The position numbers and the translations under genes are program-made. A DNA stretch of 50,315 nt from Beijerinckiaceae bacterium (GTDB lineage Bacteria > Pseudomonadota > Alphaproteobacteria > Rhizobiales > Beijerinckiaceae), in NCBI GenBank assembly GCA_051652685.1, contig JBOFUS010000149.1, positions 1 to 50,315 of the forward strand. The letters run 5' to 3'. A model generated the notes under the pieces. That model ran no database searches. It saw nothing but the letters and a program-made list of their open reading frames with translations, and was not told where the DNA came from. Positions 7,964 through 16,209 of the stretch are shown piece after piece. Every line of letters starts with the position of its first letter. Positions within the stretch are counted from its first letter, which is position 1.

Positions 7964-9091
7964 TTACAGGGTCACTGCCCGCGCCAGAGGCAGAAGCTCC
8001 CGCGCAATGATGACAGCGACTGGACCGCCGCCGTCCGGGCCTTGATGTTCCGCACCGCCGGAGACGAAGATTTCTGCGTGCCCCACGAGCCCCGCAAGCG
8101 CGCCTGCCACAAAGGCGCGGGCATGACGCGTGGCGGAAACATCGCTGTCATCCAGCATGGTGTGGCGATGGCCGCGCAGTTGCCCGGTCGTCGAGGGTTC
8201 CGCCTTGGCCAGCACGGCCACAAGCCGTTCACGGCTTGCCCCGGACAACTGCCCCGCGGTCGGCAGGCCAAGCCGGGCCATGGCCGCGCGCACGGGCTCA
8301 ATGTCGATACTGTCTGCCATGACCGCGTGATCCACTGCCAGCAACCCCGACCATGCGGGCGACATGCCGAGCACGACAATCTCGTTGTCCATGAGTTCGA
8401 TGCCGGCGGAGGTGGAGGCGCGGTCTGACCACAACGAAAGATCCGTGCCGATCACAGCATCGGACAATTGGTCCTCCGTGAGTTCGCCAAGCGCCAGCGC
8501 AACGCCAAGGGCTGACGCCCCCCGCGAAATGCCCATGGACTTGAGCGTATCGCGCACCGCCGTTGTCTGGCCGCGTGCCGCCGCATCGCCCATGCGGGCA
8601 GCAGTCAGCAGCGGGCACTTGATCTGGACGAAATGCACCTCGTCGGCTTGCGAGATGCCGGCGTCCGCCATGGCGTCCCGCACGGCTGCGGCCACAGCTT
8701 CCACCTGTTCCATGCGGCCGATTTCCTCCGGCAGGAGCGTGCGGCTGCGGGCACGGCCCATGGCGAGCGCCGGCGAGGTGCCCGCCCCGACCGCCTCGCG
8801 GCGCTCCAGCAACAGCCAATGCGGCGAAAGCCCGCCCTCCGTGCCGCCGGACATGACGCAGCACACCGCACGCGCCTGCGCGTCCGGCAGATGCCGCTTC
8901 AGCTCCAGCATCAGCGACTGTACGGCGAAGGCGCGCGTGAAATCGTTCACGCAGCCATTTCCCTCGGTCTTGCCAAGGATGGCAACAATGCCGTGCGGAT
9001 CGATGAGACCATCGGCGATGGCAGCGGCAAGCCCTGATACATCATTGGGCGCAGCTGCGGGAATGCGGTGGACGAAGGCGCGGCGTTTCAT
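7964..9091 (-). CDS. Ring-opening amidohydrolase of the cyanuric acid hydrolase / barbiturase (AtzD/TrzD) family
   Basis: ATG at 9091 (MKRRAFVHRIP). Family motifs GKTEGNGCVNDFTRA, MSGGTEGGLSPH, VHFVQIKCPLLT, SRGASALGVALA and VSGGAEHQGPDGGGPVAV are present. 375 aa, full length. Confidence 0.85.
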   Translation of the reverse strand: MKRRAFVHRIPAAAPNDVSGLAAAIADGLIDPHGIVAILGKTEGNGCVNDFTRAFAVQSLMLELKRHLPDAQARAVCCVMSGGTEGGLSPHWLLLERREAVGAGTSPALAMGRARSRTLLPEEIGRMEQVEAVAAAVRDAMADAGISQADEVHFVQIKCPLLTAARMGDAAARGQTTAVRDTLKSMGISRGASALGVALALGELTEDQLSDAVIGTDLSLWSDRASTSAGIELMDNEIVVLGMSPAWSGLLAVDHAVMADSIDIEPVRAAMARLGLPTAGQLSGASRERLVAVLAKAEPSTTGQLRGHRHTMLDDSDVSATRHARAFVAGALAGLVGHAEIFVSGGAEHQGPDGGGPVAVIIARELLPLARAVTL

Positions 9092-9092
9092 G

Positions 9093-10109
9093 TCAGCGCA
9101 GATAGACCTCGGGTTCGCCATGCTCGGCCAGCAACGCGGCGAGGCGCTTGCGCATGAGCATGCCAGGTTTATCGGAGGGCATGTGCGCCTCGACCTTGCG
9201 CCCCATGTCCACGGGCGTGTCGGGATCGGTCGATTCGAGGATATCGCGGTCCTCCTCCAGGATTGCCGCATCCCAGGCGCGCAGCTCTTCCGTGGAGCAA
9301 TCCTCCTCCCGGTCGTTGCGGAAGAGCACCTGCGCGAGGCTGATCGTGCCGTCATCGACGGGTGTGGCGCAGTTCATGATGATATGGCGAAGGCCCGACG
9401 GATAGGCCATGTCGAGTCGCCGGCAGAAAGGCATGTACCATTTGTTGCGCATATGGCGCTGCGTCGTGGGCGCCGTGCTGCCGGTCACACGGTGCGCCTT
9501 CGGCGGGTTGTTGATGTCGATGATCGTCTCGGCCTCGAAGCCGTAGTCCGTCTCCTCGATCTCGTACTTGGAGGGCTTGGGCGCATTCAGCTGGCCGAAG
9601 GTCGCCTTGTGCACAAAAGAGAAATGGGCGTTGTCGAAGGAGTTCTCCATCATGCGTAAGGGCGCGGTCTTCCACGTCTGATGGAACTGCATGATGCGGC
9701 GGTATGCGGGGTCCTCGTCCTCCGGAAAGGCCGGAATATCCGTCGCGGGCTCGCCGAGACAGACCCAGACATAGCCGTATTTCGCTTGTGCCCGGAACGC
9801 CTTGACGCCCAGCCGCGGCACGATCTGGTCCGGCGTGAACTGCGGAATTTTGATCAGCGTGCCCTGCCGGTCATAGGTCCAGCCATGGTAACCGCAGGTG
9901 ATCAGGCCATCTTCCACCCAGCCCTTGGAGAGCTTCGCCGTGCGGTGGCAACAGCGGTCTTCCAGCGCGGCGGGGTTTCCCTCACCATCGATGAAAAGCA
10001 CGATCTGCTCGCCCATGAGCGTGAAGGCCTTCGGCCCGTCGGCGAGGCTCGATAGCTGGTGAGTCGCGTACCAGTAGTTGCGGAAAACCTTCTGTTTCGT
10101 CGTCAGCAT
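9093..10109 (-). CDS. Rieske [2Fe-2S] non-haem-iron oxygenase, catalytic subunit (class IA/VanA-PaO-like size)
   Basis: ATG at 10109 (MLTTKQKVFRNYWY). Rieske motif CCHRTAKLS...CGYHGW; mononuclear iron motif DNAHFSFVH. The stop is 1 nt from the AtzD-family start. Confidence 0.85.
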   Translation of the reverse strand: MLTTKQKVFRNYWYATHQLSSLADGPKAFTLMGEQIVLFIDGEGNPAALEDRCCHRTAKLSKGWVEDGLITCGYHGWTYDRQGTLIKIPQFTPDQIVPRLGVKAFRAQAKYGYVWVCLGEPATDIPAFPEDEDPAYRRIMQFHQTWKTAPLRMMENSFDNAHFSFVHKATFGQLNAPKPSKYEIEETDYGFEAETIIDINNPPKAHRVTGSTAPTTQRHMRNKWYMPFCRRLDMAYPSGLRHIIMNCATPVDDGTISLAQVLFRNDREEDCSTEELRAWDAAILEEDRDILESTDPDTPVDMGRKVEAHMPSDKPGMLMRKRLAALLAEHGEPEVYLR

Positions 10110-10148
10110 GGTGGTCGCTCGCTGATGTGGTTTGGGTGAATTGCCGAT

Positions 10149-10169
10149 GCGTCTCGAAGCACCCACAAC
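10149..10169. repeat. Solo terminal half-arm of the ~120-bp palindromic intergenic repeat
   Basis: gcgtctcgaagcacccacaac matches the outer arm (cgtctcgaagcacgcacaac) of the elements at 14909, 19307 and 25119. Confidence 0.45.
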
Positions 10170-10197
10170 GCCAATGCCAGGGACCCCGCCACCCATC

Positions 10198-11541
10198 TCA
10201 GCAACAGCCGATGCGGTCGCGGTAGTAGGCGATCAGCGCCTGATCTAGATGCGGCCAGGCAGCAAGGAAGGGCTCGCGCGTCGGCATCTGGCGGCGGTAG
10301 CGCGCGCGCATCTCCGCCTCGATTCCCGGCAGATCGACACCCAGAACGCGGCCATCCTCGACGATCACTTTCCCGTCCGCCGTCACGCGCCTGACATGCG
10401 CCTGCGTTGCGCGGGCAAAAATGTAGTCGATCGGCGCGACTGGCATGATGGCGTCGCGGTCAAGCGCGTTCATGTCAATTTCGACGCTGTCGTCACTCTC
10501 GGCTGCACCGTTGGCGACCCTGCCGTGGCGAATGGAGCCAGCCAGATAGGCCTCGCGGCCGACATTATCCTCGTAGCCCCAGCCCGCATGCAGGAAATGC
10601 CCGAGCCTGATCTCGCGCAGCATGTCGTCGTCCTCGTCGAGCGCCGAGCCATCGAGCCCGACTGCCACCTTGCAGCCCATGCGGATCGCCTTGCCGATGG
10701 GGGCGACGCCGGAGCGCAGGTGCAGATTGGAGCTGGCGTTGGTGGCGATGGTCGTGCCGCTCTCGGCGATGAGTTCCAGATCGCTGTCGCTGGCGTAAAC
10801 GCAATGGGCCAGCGTCAGGCGCGGCGACAGCAGGCCGATGTCCTTGAGATACTGCGCGGCACCTTGCGGGCAGTTCGCATCCGCCCAATCGCGCTGATAG
10901 CGCGTTTCGAGGAAATGCATGTGCACGCGCCGGCCTGTGTGGGCGGAGGCTTCCGCGATCTGTTCAAGCAGCGGACGCGAGCACCATTGCAGGCCGCTTG
11001 GGCCATATTGCACGTTGAAGCGCGGGCCATGGGCGGCGGCGGCCACCGCCGCGACGAGCTCCATCTGGGTGTCGATGGAGAGCATCGGCGCGCCAAAGAT
11101 CGCCATGATCGCGTCGCGCGCCGCATCCGGCAGGCGCGCGGCCATTGCAGAATGATCGCCATAGACCAGCGGGTTCATGTCCCGCATGGCGATGGCAAAC
11201 GCCACCTGCACGCCGACATCCGCACCCGCTTTCGCCACGAGGACGGCCTCGTCGACGTAGGACATCGGTCCGTGCGCGCGGGTGTAATGCGCCATGATCG
11301 ATGTGCAGCCGGATCGCGCCGCGCGGGCGAAAGGGGCTGCAGCGGCGTTGTACGGATCCTGCGGCGTCATGGCCGCGAGCCGCAACAGCCAGCCCTCGAG
11401 CGGCCGGTTGGCCGCGCCGAACGAGGTCGGTGACAGCGGCCGCGCGTGGTCATGCGCGTTGGCAAAGCCCGGAAGCGTGAGAACGCCCGGCGCGAAACCG
11501 GTGTCCGCGCCGGGCATCAATCCTTCAAGACCCGCTGTCAT
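10198..11541 (-). CDS. Metal-dependent amidohydrolase (deaminase/chlorohydrolase-like, TRZ/ATZ-type superfamily member)
   Basis: 447 aa. N-terminal HxH metal motif in PGFANAHDHAR, followed by LEGWLLRL. ATG at 11541, 3 nt after the stop of binding protein 2. Confidence 0.75.
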   Translation of the reverse strand: MTAGLEGLMPGADTGFAPGVLTLPGFANAHDHARPLSPTSFGAANRPLEGWLLRLAAMTPQDPYNAAAAPFARAARSGCTSIMAHYTRAHGPMSYVDEAVLVAKAGADVGVQVAFAIAMRDMNPLVYGDHSAMAARLPDAARDAIMAIFGAPMLSIDTQMELVAAVAAAAHGPRFNVQYGPSGLQWCSRPLLEQIAEASAHTGRRVHMHFLETRYQRDWADANCPQGAAQYLKDIGLLSPRLTLAHCVYASDSDLELIAESGTTIATNASSNLHLRSGVAPIGKAIRMGCKVAVGLDGSALDEDDDMLREIRLGHFLHAGWGYEDNVGREAYLAGSIRHGRVANGAAESDDSVEIDMNALDRDAIMPVAPIDYIFARATQAHVRRVTADGKVIVEDGRVLGVDLPGIEAEMRARYRRQMPTREPFLAAWPHLDQALIAYYRDRIGCC

Positions 11542-11544
11542 CGC

Positions 11545-12588
11545 TCAGTTCGTGACCAGCTTGATCATGCGTTCGGCTGGCGGCGGGAGCGCCACGCGGC
11601 TGAAGACTTCCGCAATTTCCGGCTTCCTTGGCAGCGAGAAGGCGGCGGCGACCGTGTCGATGGTTGCGGTCAGGCGCTTGTCGTCGATATCGCCAAGACC
11701 CTTGGCGGCGGATTCCGGCGTCAGCATCTGCTTGTTGAAGGCGAGCATCATGCGGCGCTTCTCGATCTCCTTGTTGATCAGCGGCTCCGCCTTGACCAGC
11801 GAGTCGATGCAGGCATCGGGCGTGGCCGCACAGTCGCGGATGGCGCGGTTGACGGCGCGCACCAGCCTCTTCACGGCGTCAGGCTGCTCCTTCATCATCT
11901 TCTGCGACACCATCACACCGTTGGAATAGAGATCAAGCCCATAGTCGCCGAAGTAGAAGCAGCGGAAATCCTTGTCGGGATCCAGCTTCTGCGCGACGAT
12001 GTTCATGTAGCTGGTGACAGAAAAACCGGCGATGATATCGACTTGGTTCTGCAGCAGCATGGTCTCCTGCATGTTGGGAGCCATGTTGAGGATCTTCACC
12101 TTGTCCGGATCGAGGTTGTTGATCTTCATCAGCGGTGCGAACAACCGCAGCGCGATGGAGCCTGCTGGCGATCCCAGCGTCTTTCCCTCAATGTCCTTCA
12201 GCGAATTGATGCCGCTGGTGTTCCTCGTCACCAGCGCGAAGGGCGGCTGGTTGTAGATCTGGTAGACCATCACCGGCTGCTCGCCGGGCTTCTGCGCCGC
12301 GTTCTGGAGAATGGCACCCAAGTCCCCAAAGCCCGCATCATAGGCCCCGCTCATGATGCGGCTGACGGTCACGCCGGAGCCCTCGCCCTGATCGATGGCG
12401 ACATCGAGCTTCTCGGCGGCGAAATAACCCTTGTCCTGCGCATGATAGTACCAGGCGTGGATGCCCTGGATCTTCCAGTCGAGCGTGAACCTGATCTTTG
12501 TCGGGGCCTGCGCGGTAGCGCTGCCTATCGTGGCGGCTCCGATGGCGGCGGCAGCGAGAAGGCGCTGGGCAATGGCGCGGAAAAGCAT
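11545..12588 (-). CDS. NMT1/THI5-like ABC substrate-binding protein, paralogue 2
   Basis: ATG at 12588 (MLFRAIAQRLLAAAAIGAATIGSATAQ), then KIRFTLDWKIQGIHAWYY...DQGEGSG. Clearly paralogous to 5075-6118. Confidence 0.85.
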   Translation of the reverse strand: MLFRAIAQRLLAAAAIGAATIGSATAQAPTKIRFTLDWKIQGIHAWYYHAQDKGYFAAEKLDVAIDQGEGSGVTVSRIMSGAYDAGFGDLGAILQNAAQKPGEQPVMVYQIYNQPPFALVTRNTSGINSLKDIEGKTLGSPAGSIALRLFAPLMKINNLDPDKVKILNMAPNMQETMLLQNQVDIIAGFSVTSYMNIVAQKLDPDKDFRCFYFGDYGLDLYSNGVMVSQKMMKEQPDAVKRLVRAVNRAIRDCAATPDACIDSLVKAEPLINKEIEKRRMMLAFNKQMLTPESAAKGLGDIDDKRLTATIDTVAAAFSLPRKPEIAEVFSRVALPPPAERMIKLVTN

Positions 12589-12618
12589 GGCGGACCTCCG
12601 TGAGTTTGCGGCGGATGC

Positions 12619-12634
12619 AGCAAGCTCCATGCCA
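12619..12634 (-). promoter_or_regulatory. sigma54 (-24/-12) promoter motif upstream of binding-protein paralogue 2
   Basis: Minus strand reads TGGCAT-GGAGC-TTGCT, 31 nt upstream of ATG 12588, inside a 52-nt intergenic gap. Confidence 0.6.
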
Positions 12635-12640
12635 GTCTCT

Positions 12641-14059
12641 TCAGCCGGCCAGAACGGCAGCGAGGCTCTCATCGATGCGCCGGGGCGCAGGCGCTGGCAT
12701 CCGCTGTACCGCGTGAACCGACCGGCCAGTCCCTCGCGCCTCCTCCACCAGCTTGCGGGCCTTCATGACGAAACGCCCGCGGGAAAGCGTGTGGATGGGC
12801 AACCCTTTCACCCGGACGCCATGAAACGGCGTCACGCGCGCGCGAACCGAGTGCAGCCTCGCCTCGTCGATGACATCCTCGGCGGACAGGTCGATGATCG
12901 CAAGATCGGCATGCGCGCCAACAGCGATACGCCCCTTCGCAGCCAGCAAGCCGAAGGTATTGGCCGGATTGAAGGCGGAGATCCGCACGTAGTGTTCAAG
13001 GCTGAGGCGACCCTCGTTCACCGTCGTCAGCATCAGCGGCATCTGCGTCTCGACACCGGGAAAGCCTGCTGCCGCCTCCCAGATATCAAGGTTGCGCTTC
13101 TCCTCCGGCGTGTGCGGTGCGTGGTCAGTCGCGATGCAGCCGATGGTTCCGTCGATGAGCGCCCGCCAGAGCTCCGCCTTGTGATGCGGCTCGCGCACGG
13201 GCGGGTTCACCTTGATGATCGGCCCAAGCCGCGCATAGTCGTCACTGTCGAGCATCAGATAGCAGGGGCAGGTCTCGCCCGTGACATCGACACCGCGCGC
13301 CTGCGCCTCGCGCAATGGACGAAGCTCGTCTGCCGATGAAATATGCAGCACATGGATGCGCGCGCCCGTCCATTCCGCGAGCACTGCCGCGCGGCTGACA
13401 GCCTCGACCGCGACAACCGCGGGCCGCGCTGCGAGGTGATCGAGCGGCGCACTCCTGCCCGCCGCCATCAGGCGTGCCTGCCGCCAGGCCATGATCGAGG
13501 CGGTTTCCGCATGCAGCGCGATGCGATGGCCATGCTTCGCAATGATCTCGAAACCTTCCAGCATCGCGCCCGTGGAGGGCGACGGCAGGTTGCCGGTGGT
13601 GTTGCCCATGAAGCACTTGAATGCCGCCGCCCCGCCGGTGATCAGAGCTTCCAGATGCTGGATATTGTCTTCCGCCAGCAGGCCATAGAGGCCGAAGTCG
13701 ATGCGCGCCGTCTTCGCCCGCGCGAACTTGTCGGCCAGCATCTCCGGCGTTCCTGTGGGCGGAAAGGTGTTAGGCATCTCGAACACGGTGGTCACCCCGC
13801 CCATCGCGGCTGCCGCCGTGCCGGTGTCCCAGTCTTCCTTGTGCGCCATGCCGGGATCGCGGAAATGCACATGGACATCGATGGCACCGGGCAGGATGTG
13901 CAGGCCTGCCGCATCAAGCGTCTCGCGTGCCGGCCCCAGCGTCCCGGGCGATGTGATGGCGGCGATGGTTTCGCCGCGCACACCGATATCGGCCGGGTAT
14001 CGTCCTTCATGCGTGACGACGGTACCGTTCAGGATGGCGAGATCGAAGGGTGAGGTCAT
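12641..14059 (-). CDS. Cyclic amidohydrolase (allantoinase / dihydroorotase / hydantoinase-like)
   Basis: ATG at 14059 (MTSPFDLAILNG). Motifs DVHVHFRDPG, MPNT, AAFKCFMG (carboxylated-Lys context), ALHAE, HVLHISS and ATDHAPH. The 769-aa track ORF is a shadow-extended artefact. Confidence 0.85.
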   Translation of the reverse strand: MTSPFDLAILNGTVVTHEGRYPADIGVRGETIAAITSPGTLGPARETLDAAGLHILPGAIDVHVHFRDPGMAHKEDWDTGTAAAAMGGVTTVFEMPNTFPPTGTPEMLADKFARAKTARIDFGLYGLLAEDNIQHLEALITGGAAAFKCFMGNTTGNLPSPSTGAMLEGFEIIAKHGHRIALHAETASIMAWRQARLMAAGRSAPLDHLAARPAVVAVEAVSRAAVLAEWTGARIHVLHISSADELRPLREAQARGVDVTGETCPCYLMLDSDDYARLGPIIKVNPPVREPHHKAELWRALIDGTIGCIATDHAPHTPEEKRNLDIWEAAAGFPGVETQMPLMLTTVNEGRLSLEHYVRISAFNPANTFGLLAAKGRIAVGAHADLAIIDLSAEDVIDEARLHSVRARVTPFHGVRVKGLPIHTLSRGRFVMKARKLVEEARGTGRSVHAVQRMPAPAPRRIDESLAAVLAG

Positions 14060-14070
14060 GGGATTGTCGC

Positions 14071-14862
14071 TCACAGCGCGGCCCAGCCGCCATCGACAGG
14101 CAGATCGACGCCGGTGATCTGGCGAGAGACATCGGACGCCATGAACAGGCAGGCGTTCGCCACGTCCTCGTCCAGCGTGATGCGCTTCAGCGCGTAATCT
14201 CCCGCGTGCCGCGCGGCGGCTTCGTCGTGGCTGATGCCGAGTTTCTTCGCCATGGTCGGCACCACCTTGTCGCGGAAGCGCGGCCCATCCACCATGCCCG
14301 GCGCCACGCAATTGACGTTGATGTTGTGCTCGCCCATCTCCAGCGCAAAGCTCTTGGTGATGCCGCGCAGCCCCCACTTCGAGGCGGAATACGCCATGCG
14401 GCCGGCGCGCCCGCGCATGCCGAAGGTGCCACCGACGTTGACGATCTTGCCATGGCGCTGCGCGATCATGGCGGGAGCCACCGCGCGCATGGTGTGAAAG
14501 CAGCCGTTCATATTGAGCGTCACGATCTCGTCGAATTCTTCCGGGCTGGTTTCCCAGCCGGTCTTGCCCATGGGGCCGGAACCGCCAGCGACGTTGACCA
14601 GGATATCGATGCGGCCAAAGGCCGTGATCACGGCCTTCGCCATGGCATCGCAGGCGACGGCGTCCGTCAGATCGCAGGGTATCACGATGGCCTTTCGGCC
14701 CATGGCAATCACCTCGGCTGCCACCGGCTCGATGGCGGCGGTGTCCCGCCCGACGAGCGCGAGATCGCAGCCCTCGACGGCGAAAGCGCGCGAGATCGCC
14801 GCGCCCATGCCCTTGGCGGGTCCGGTGATGACGGCAATCTTGCCGGTGAGGTCGAGATTCAT
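14071..14862 (-). CDS. Short-chain dehydrogenase/reductase (SDR)
   Basis: 263 aa. Cofactor motif ITGPAKGMG; catalytic YSASK; NVNCVAPG. Confidence 0.85.
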   Translation of the reverse strand: MNLDLTGKIAVITGPAKGMGAAISRAFAVEGCDLALVGRDTAAIEPVAAEVIAMGRKAIVIPCDLTDAVACDAMAKAVITAFGRIDILVNVAGGSGPMGKTGWETSPEEFDEIVTLNMNGCFHTMRAVAPAMIAQRHGKIVNVGGTFGMRGRAGRMAYSASKWGLRGITKSFALEMGEHNINVNCVAPGMVDGPRFRDKVVPTMAKKLGISHDEAAARHAGDYALKRITLDEDVANACLFMASDVSRQITGVDLPVDGGWAAL

Positions 14863-14908
14863 AGGTTGCTCTGTTCGTGCGGGGGTCGCTGATCGGATTG
14901 GGGCTGGC

Positions 14909-15029
14909 GTTGTGCGTGCTTCGAGACGCGCCTTTGGCGCTCCTCAGCATGAGGAATGTTCGCGCATTCCACTTTCAACATTCCTCATGCTGGGGAGGCG
15001 CAGTAGCGCCGTCTCGAAGCACGCACAAC
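14909..15029. repeat. ~120-bp imperfect palindromic intergenic repeat (REP/RIME-like), copy A
   Basis: Arms gttgtgcgtgcttcgagacgcgcctttggcgctcctcagcatgagg ... cctcatgctggggaggcgcagtagcgccgtctcgaagcacgcacaac. Nested sub-palindromes gcgcc-ttt-ggcgc and cctca-gca-tgagg. Confidence 0.8.
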
Positions 15030-15059
15030 ACCCCGGCTTTTCGTGCACCAGGCCGAAGG

Positions 15060-16100
15060 TCAGACCCCCAGCGTCCTGATCCGCTCCGCCGCCGTCGGAA
15101 GAAACTGGCGCGTGAAGATCTCTTCAGGAGCCGGCACGCGTGGCAACTGGTTCGCCTCCGCCACGATGGCGATGCCGCGCTTGAAGCGCGCATCGTCCAC
15201 GTCGCCGATGCCGATTGTCTTCGCCTCGGGATGGCTCATCTCGGCCTTGAGCGTCGCGATCAGCCGCGCCTTCTCCACATCCTTCTTGATCAGGGGCTCG
15301 CGTTTCGCCACCGCGTCCACCGCCTTGTCGAGATCTTTCAGTGTCTCGACCAACCCCCGGTTGAAGGCCCGCACGATGCCCGAAACCGCCTTCGGGTTGT
15401 CCTTCGCCAGCTTGCGGCTGACGACAAGCGTGTTCGAGTACAGGTCCATCCTGTGATCGACGTAGTTGATGAAGCGGAAGTCCTTGTCCGCATCGATGCC
15501 GGCGAGTTTCGCCGAGAAGGTGATGGTGTTGACGAAGCCGAAGACGCCATCAACCTGGCCGCGCTGCAGCATCTGCTCGCGCAGGTTGGGCTGCATGTTG
15601 GTGATCGTCACCTTCGAGGCGTCGATGCCGGCGAGTTTCGCGAAAGCGGGAAACAGCTTCAGCGCCGCATCGTTGGCCGGCCCGCCGATGGTCTTGCCCT
15701 CCAGATCCTTCGCCGTCCTGATCGGGCTGTCCGCTTTGACCGCGATGGTGAAGGGCGGGTTGTTGAACATGGCATAGACGGCGATGGGCGCGTCGGCAGG
15801 GTTCTTCGACGCCAGATCGATCAGCGCGTTCATGTCGCCGAAGCCGACGTCATAGGCCCCTTGCGCCACCTTGGTGATCGCGGCGGCCGAACCCTCGCCC
15901 TGGTCGATATCGAGCTCGACGCCTTCGTCCTTCAGGAAGCCCAGGTCCTGCGCCTGGAAGAACCAGCTCTGCGGACCTTGGTAGCGCCAGTTGAGGATCA
16001 TCTTGAGCTTCGTCATTTGCGCGGAGGCCGGAAATGGCAGCAATTGCGCGGCCCCGGCGGCGAGGCCAGCAGCGATCATGGAACGACGGGACAGGTTCAT
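15060..16100 (-). CDS. NMT1/THI5-like ABC substrate-binding protein, paralogue 3 (Tat-like signal)
   Basis: ATG at 16100 (MNLSRRSMIAAGLAAGAAQLLPFPASAQ), then KLKMILNWRYQGPQSWFF...DQGEGSA. More divergent paralogue of the other two. Confidence 0.85.
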   Translation of the reverse strand: MNLSRRSMIAAGLAAGAAQLLPFPASAQMTKLKMILNWRYQGPQSWFFQAQDLGFLKDEGVELDIDQGEGSAAAITKVAQGAYDVGFGDMNALIDLASKNPADAPIAVYAMFNNPPFTIAVKADSPIRTAKDLEGKTIGGPANDAALKLFPAFAKLAGIDASKVTITNMQPNLREQMLQRGQVDGVFGFVNTITFSAKLAGIDADKDFRFINYVDHRMDLYSNTLVVSRKLAKDNPKAVSGIVRAFNRGLVETLKDLDKAVDAVAKREPLIKKDVEKARLIATLKAEMSHPEAKTIGIGDVDDARFKRGIAIVAEANQLPRVPAPEEIFTRQFLPTAAERIRTLGV

Positions 16101-16185
16101 TGCAATGGCTCCCGGCACGGTTGATGTCCGCGTTCGCGCGCGGCGTGCCCGGAACCGCGCGTGCTGGATTGGTGGTCCAGAACGA

Positions 16186-16201
16186 TGCAATACCCGTGCC
16201 T
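16186..16201 (-). promoter_or_regulatory. sigma54 (-24/-12) promoter motif upstream of binding-protein paralogue 3
   Basis: Minus strand reads AGGCAC-GGGTA-TTGCA, with GG-N10-GC spacing intact, 86 nt upstream of ATG 16100. Confidence 0.5.
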
Positions 16202-16209
16202 AACCGCCG

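Noticed and set aside
12641-14950. 769-aa ORF that looks like a fusion of an N-terminal domain with the allantoinase-like enzyme.
   Set aside because: The first ~297 codons are an Arg/Gly-rich read-through overlapping the SDR gene, which is in another frame with clear motifs. A good ATG at 14059 starts the amidohydrolase.
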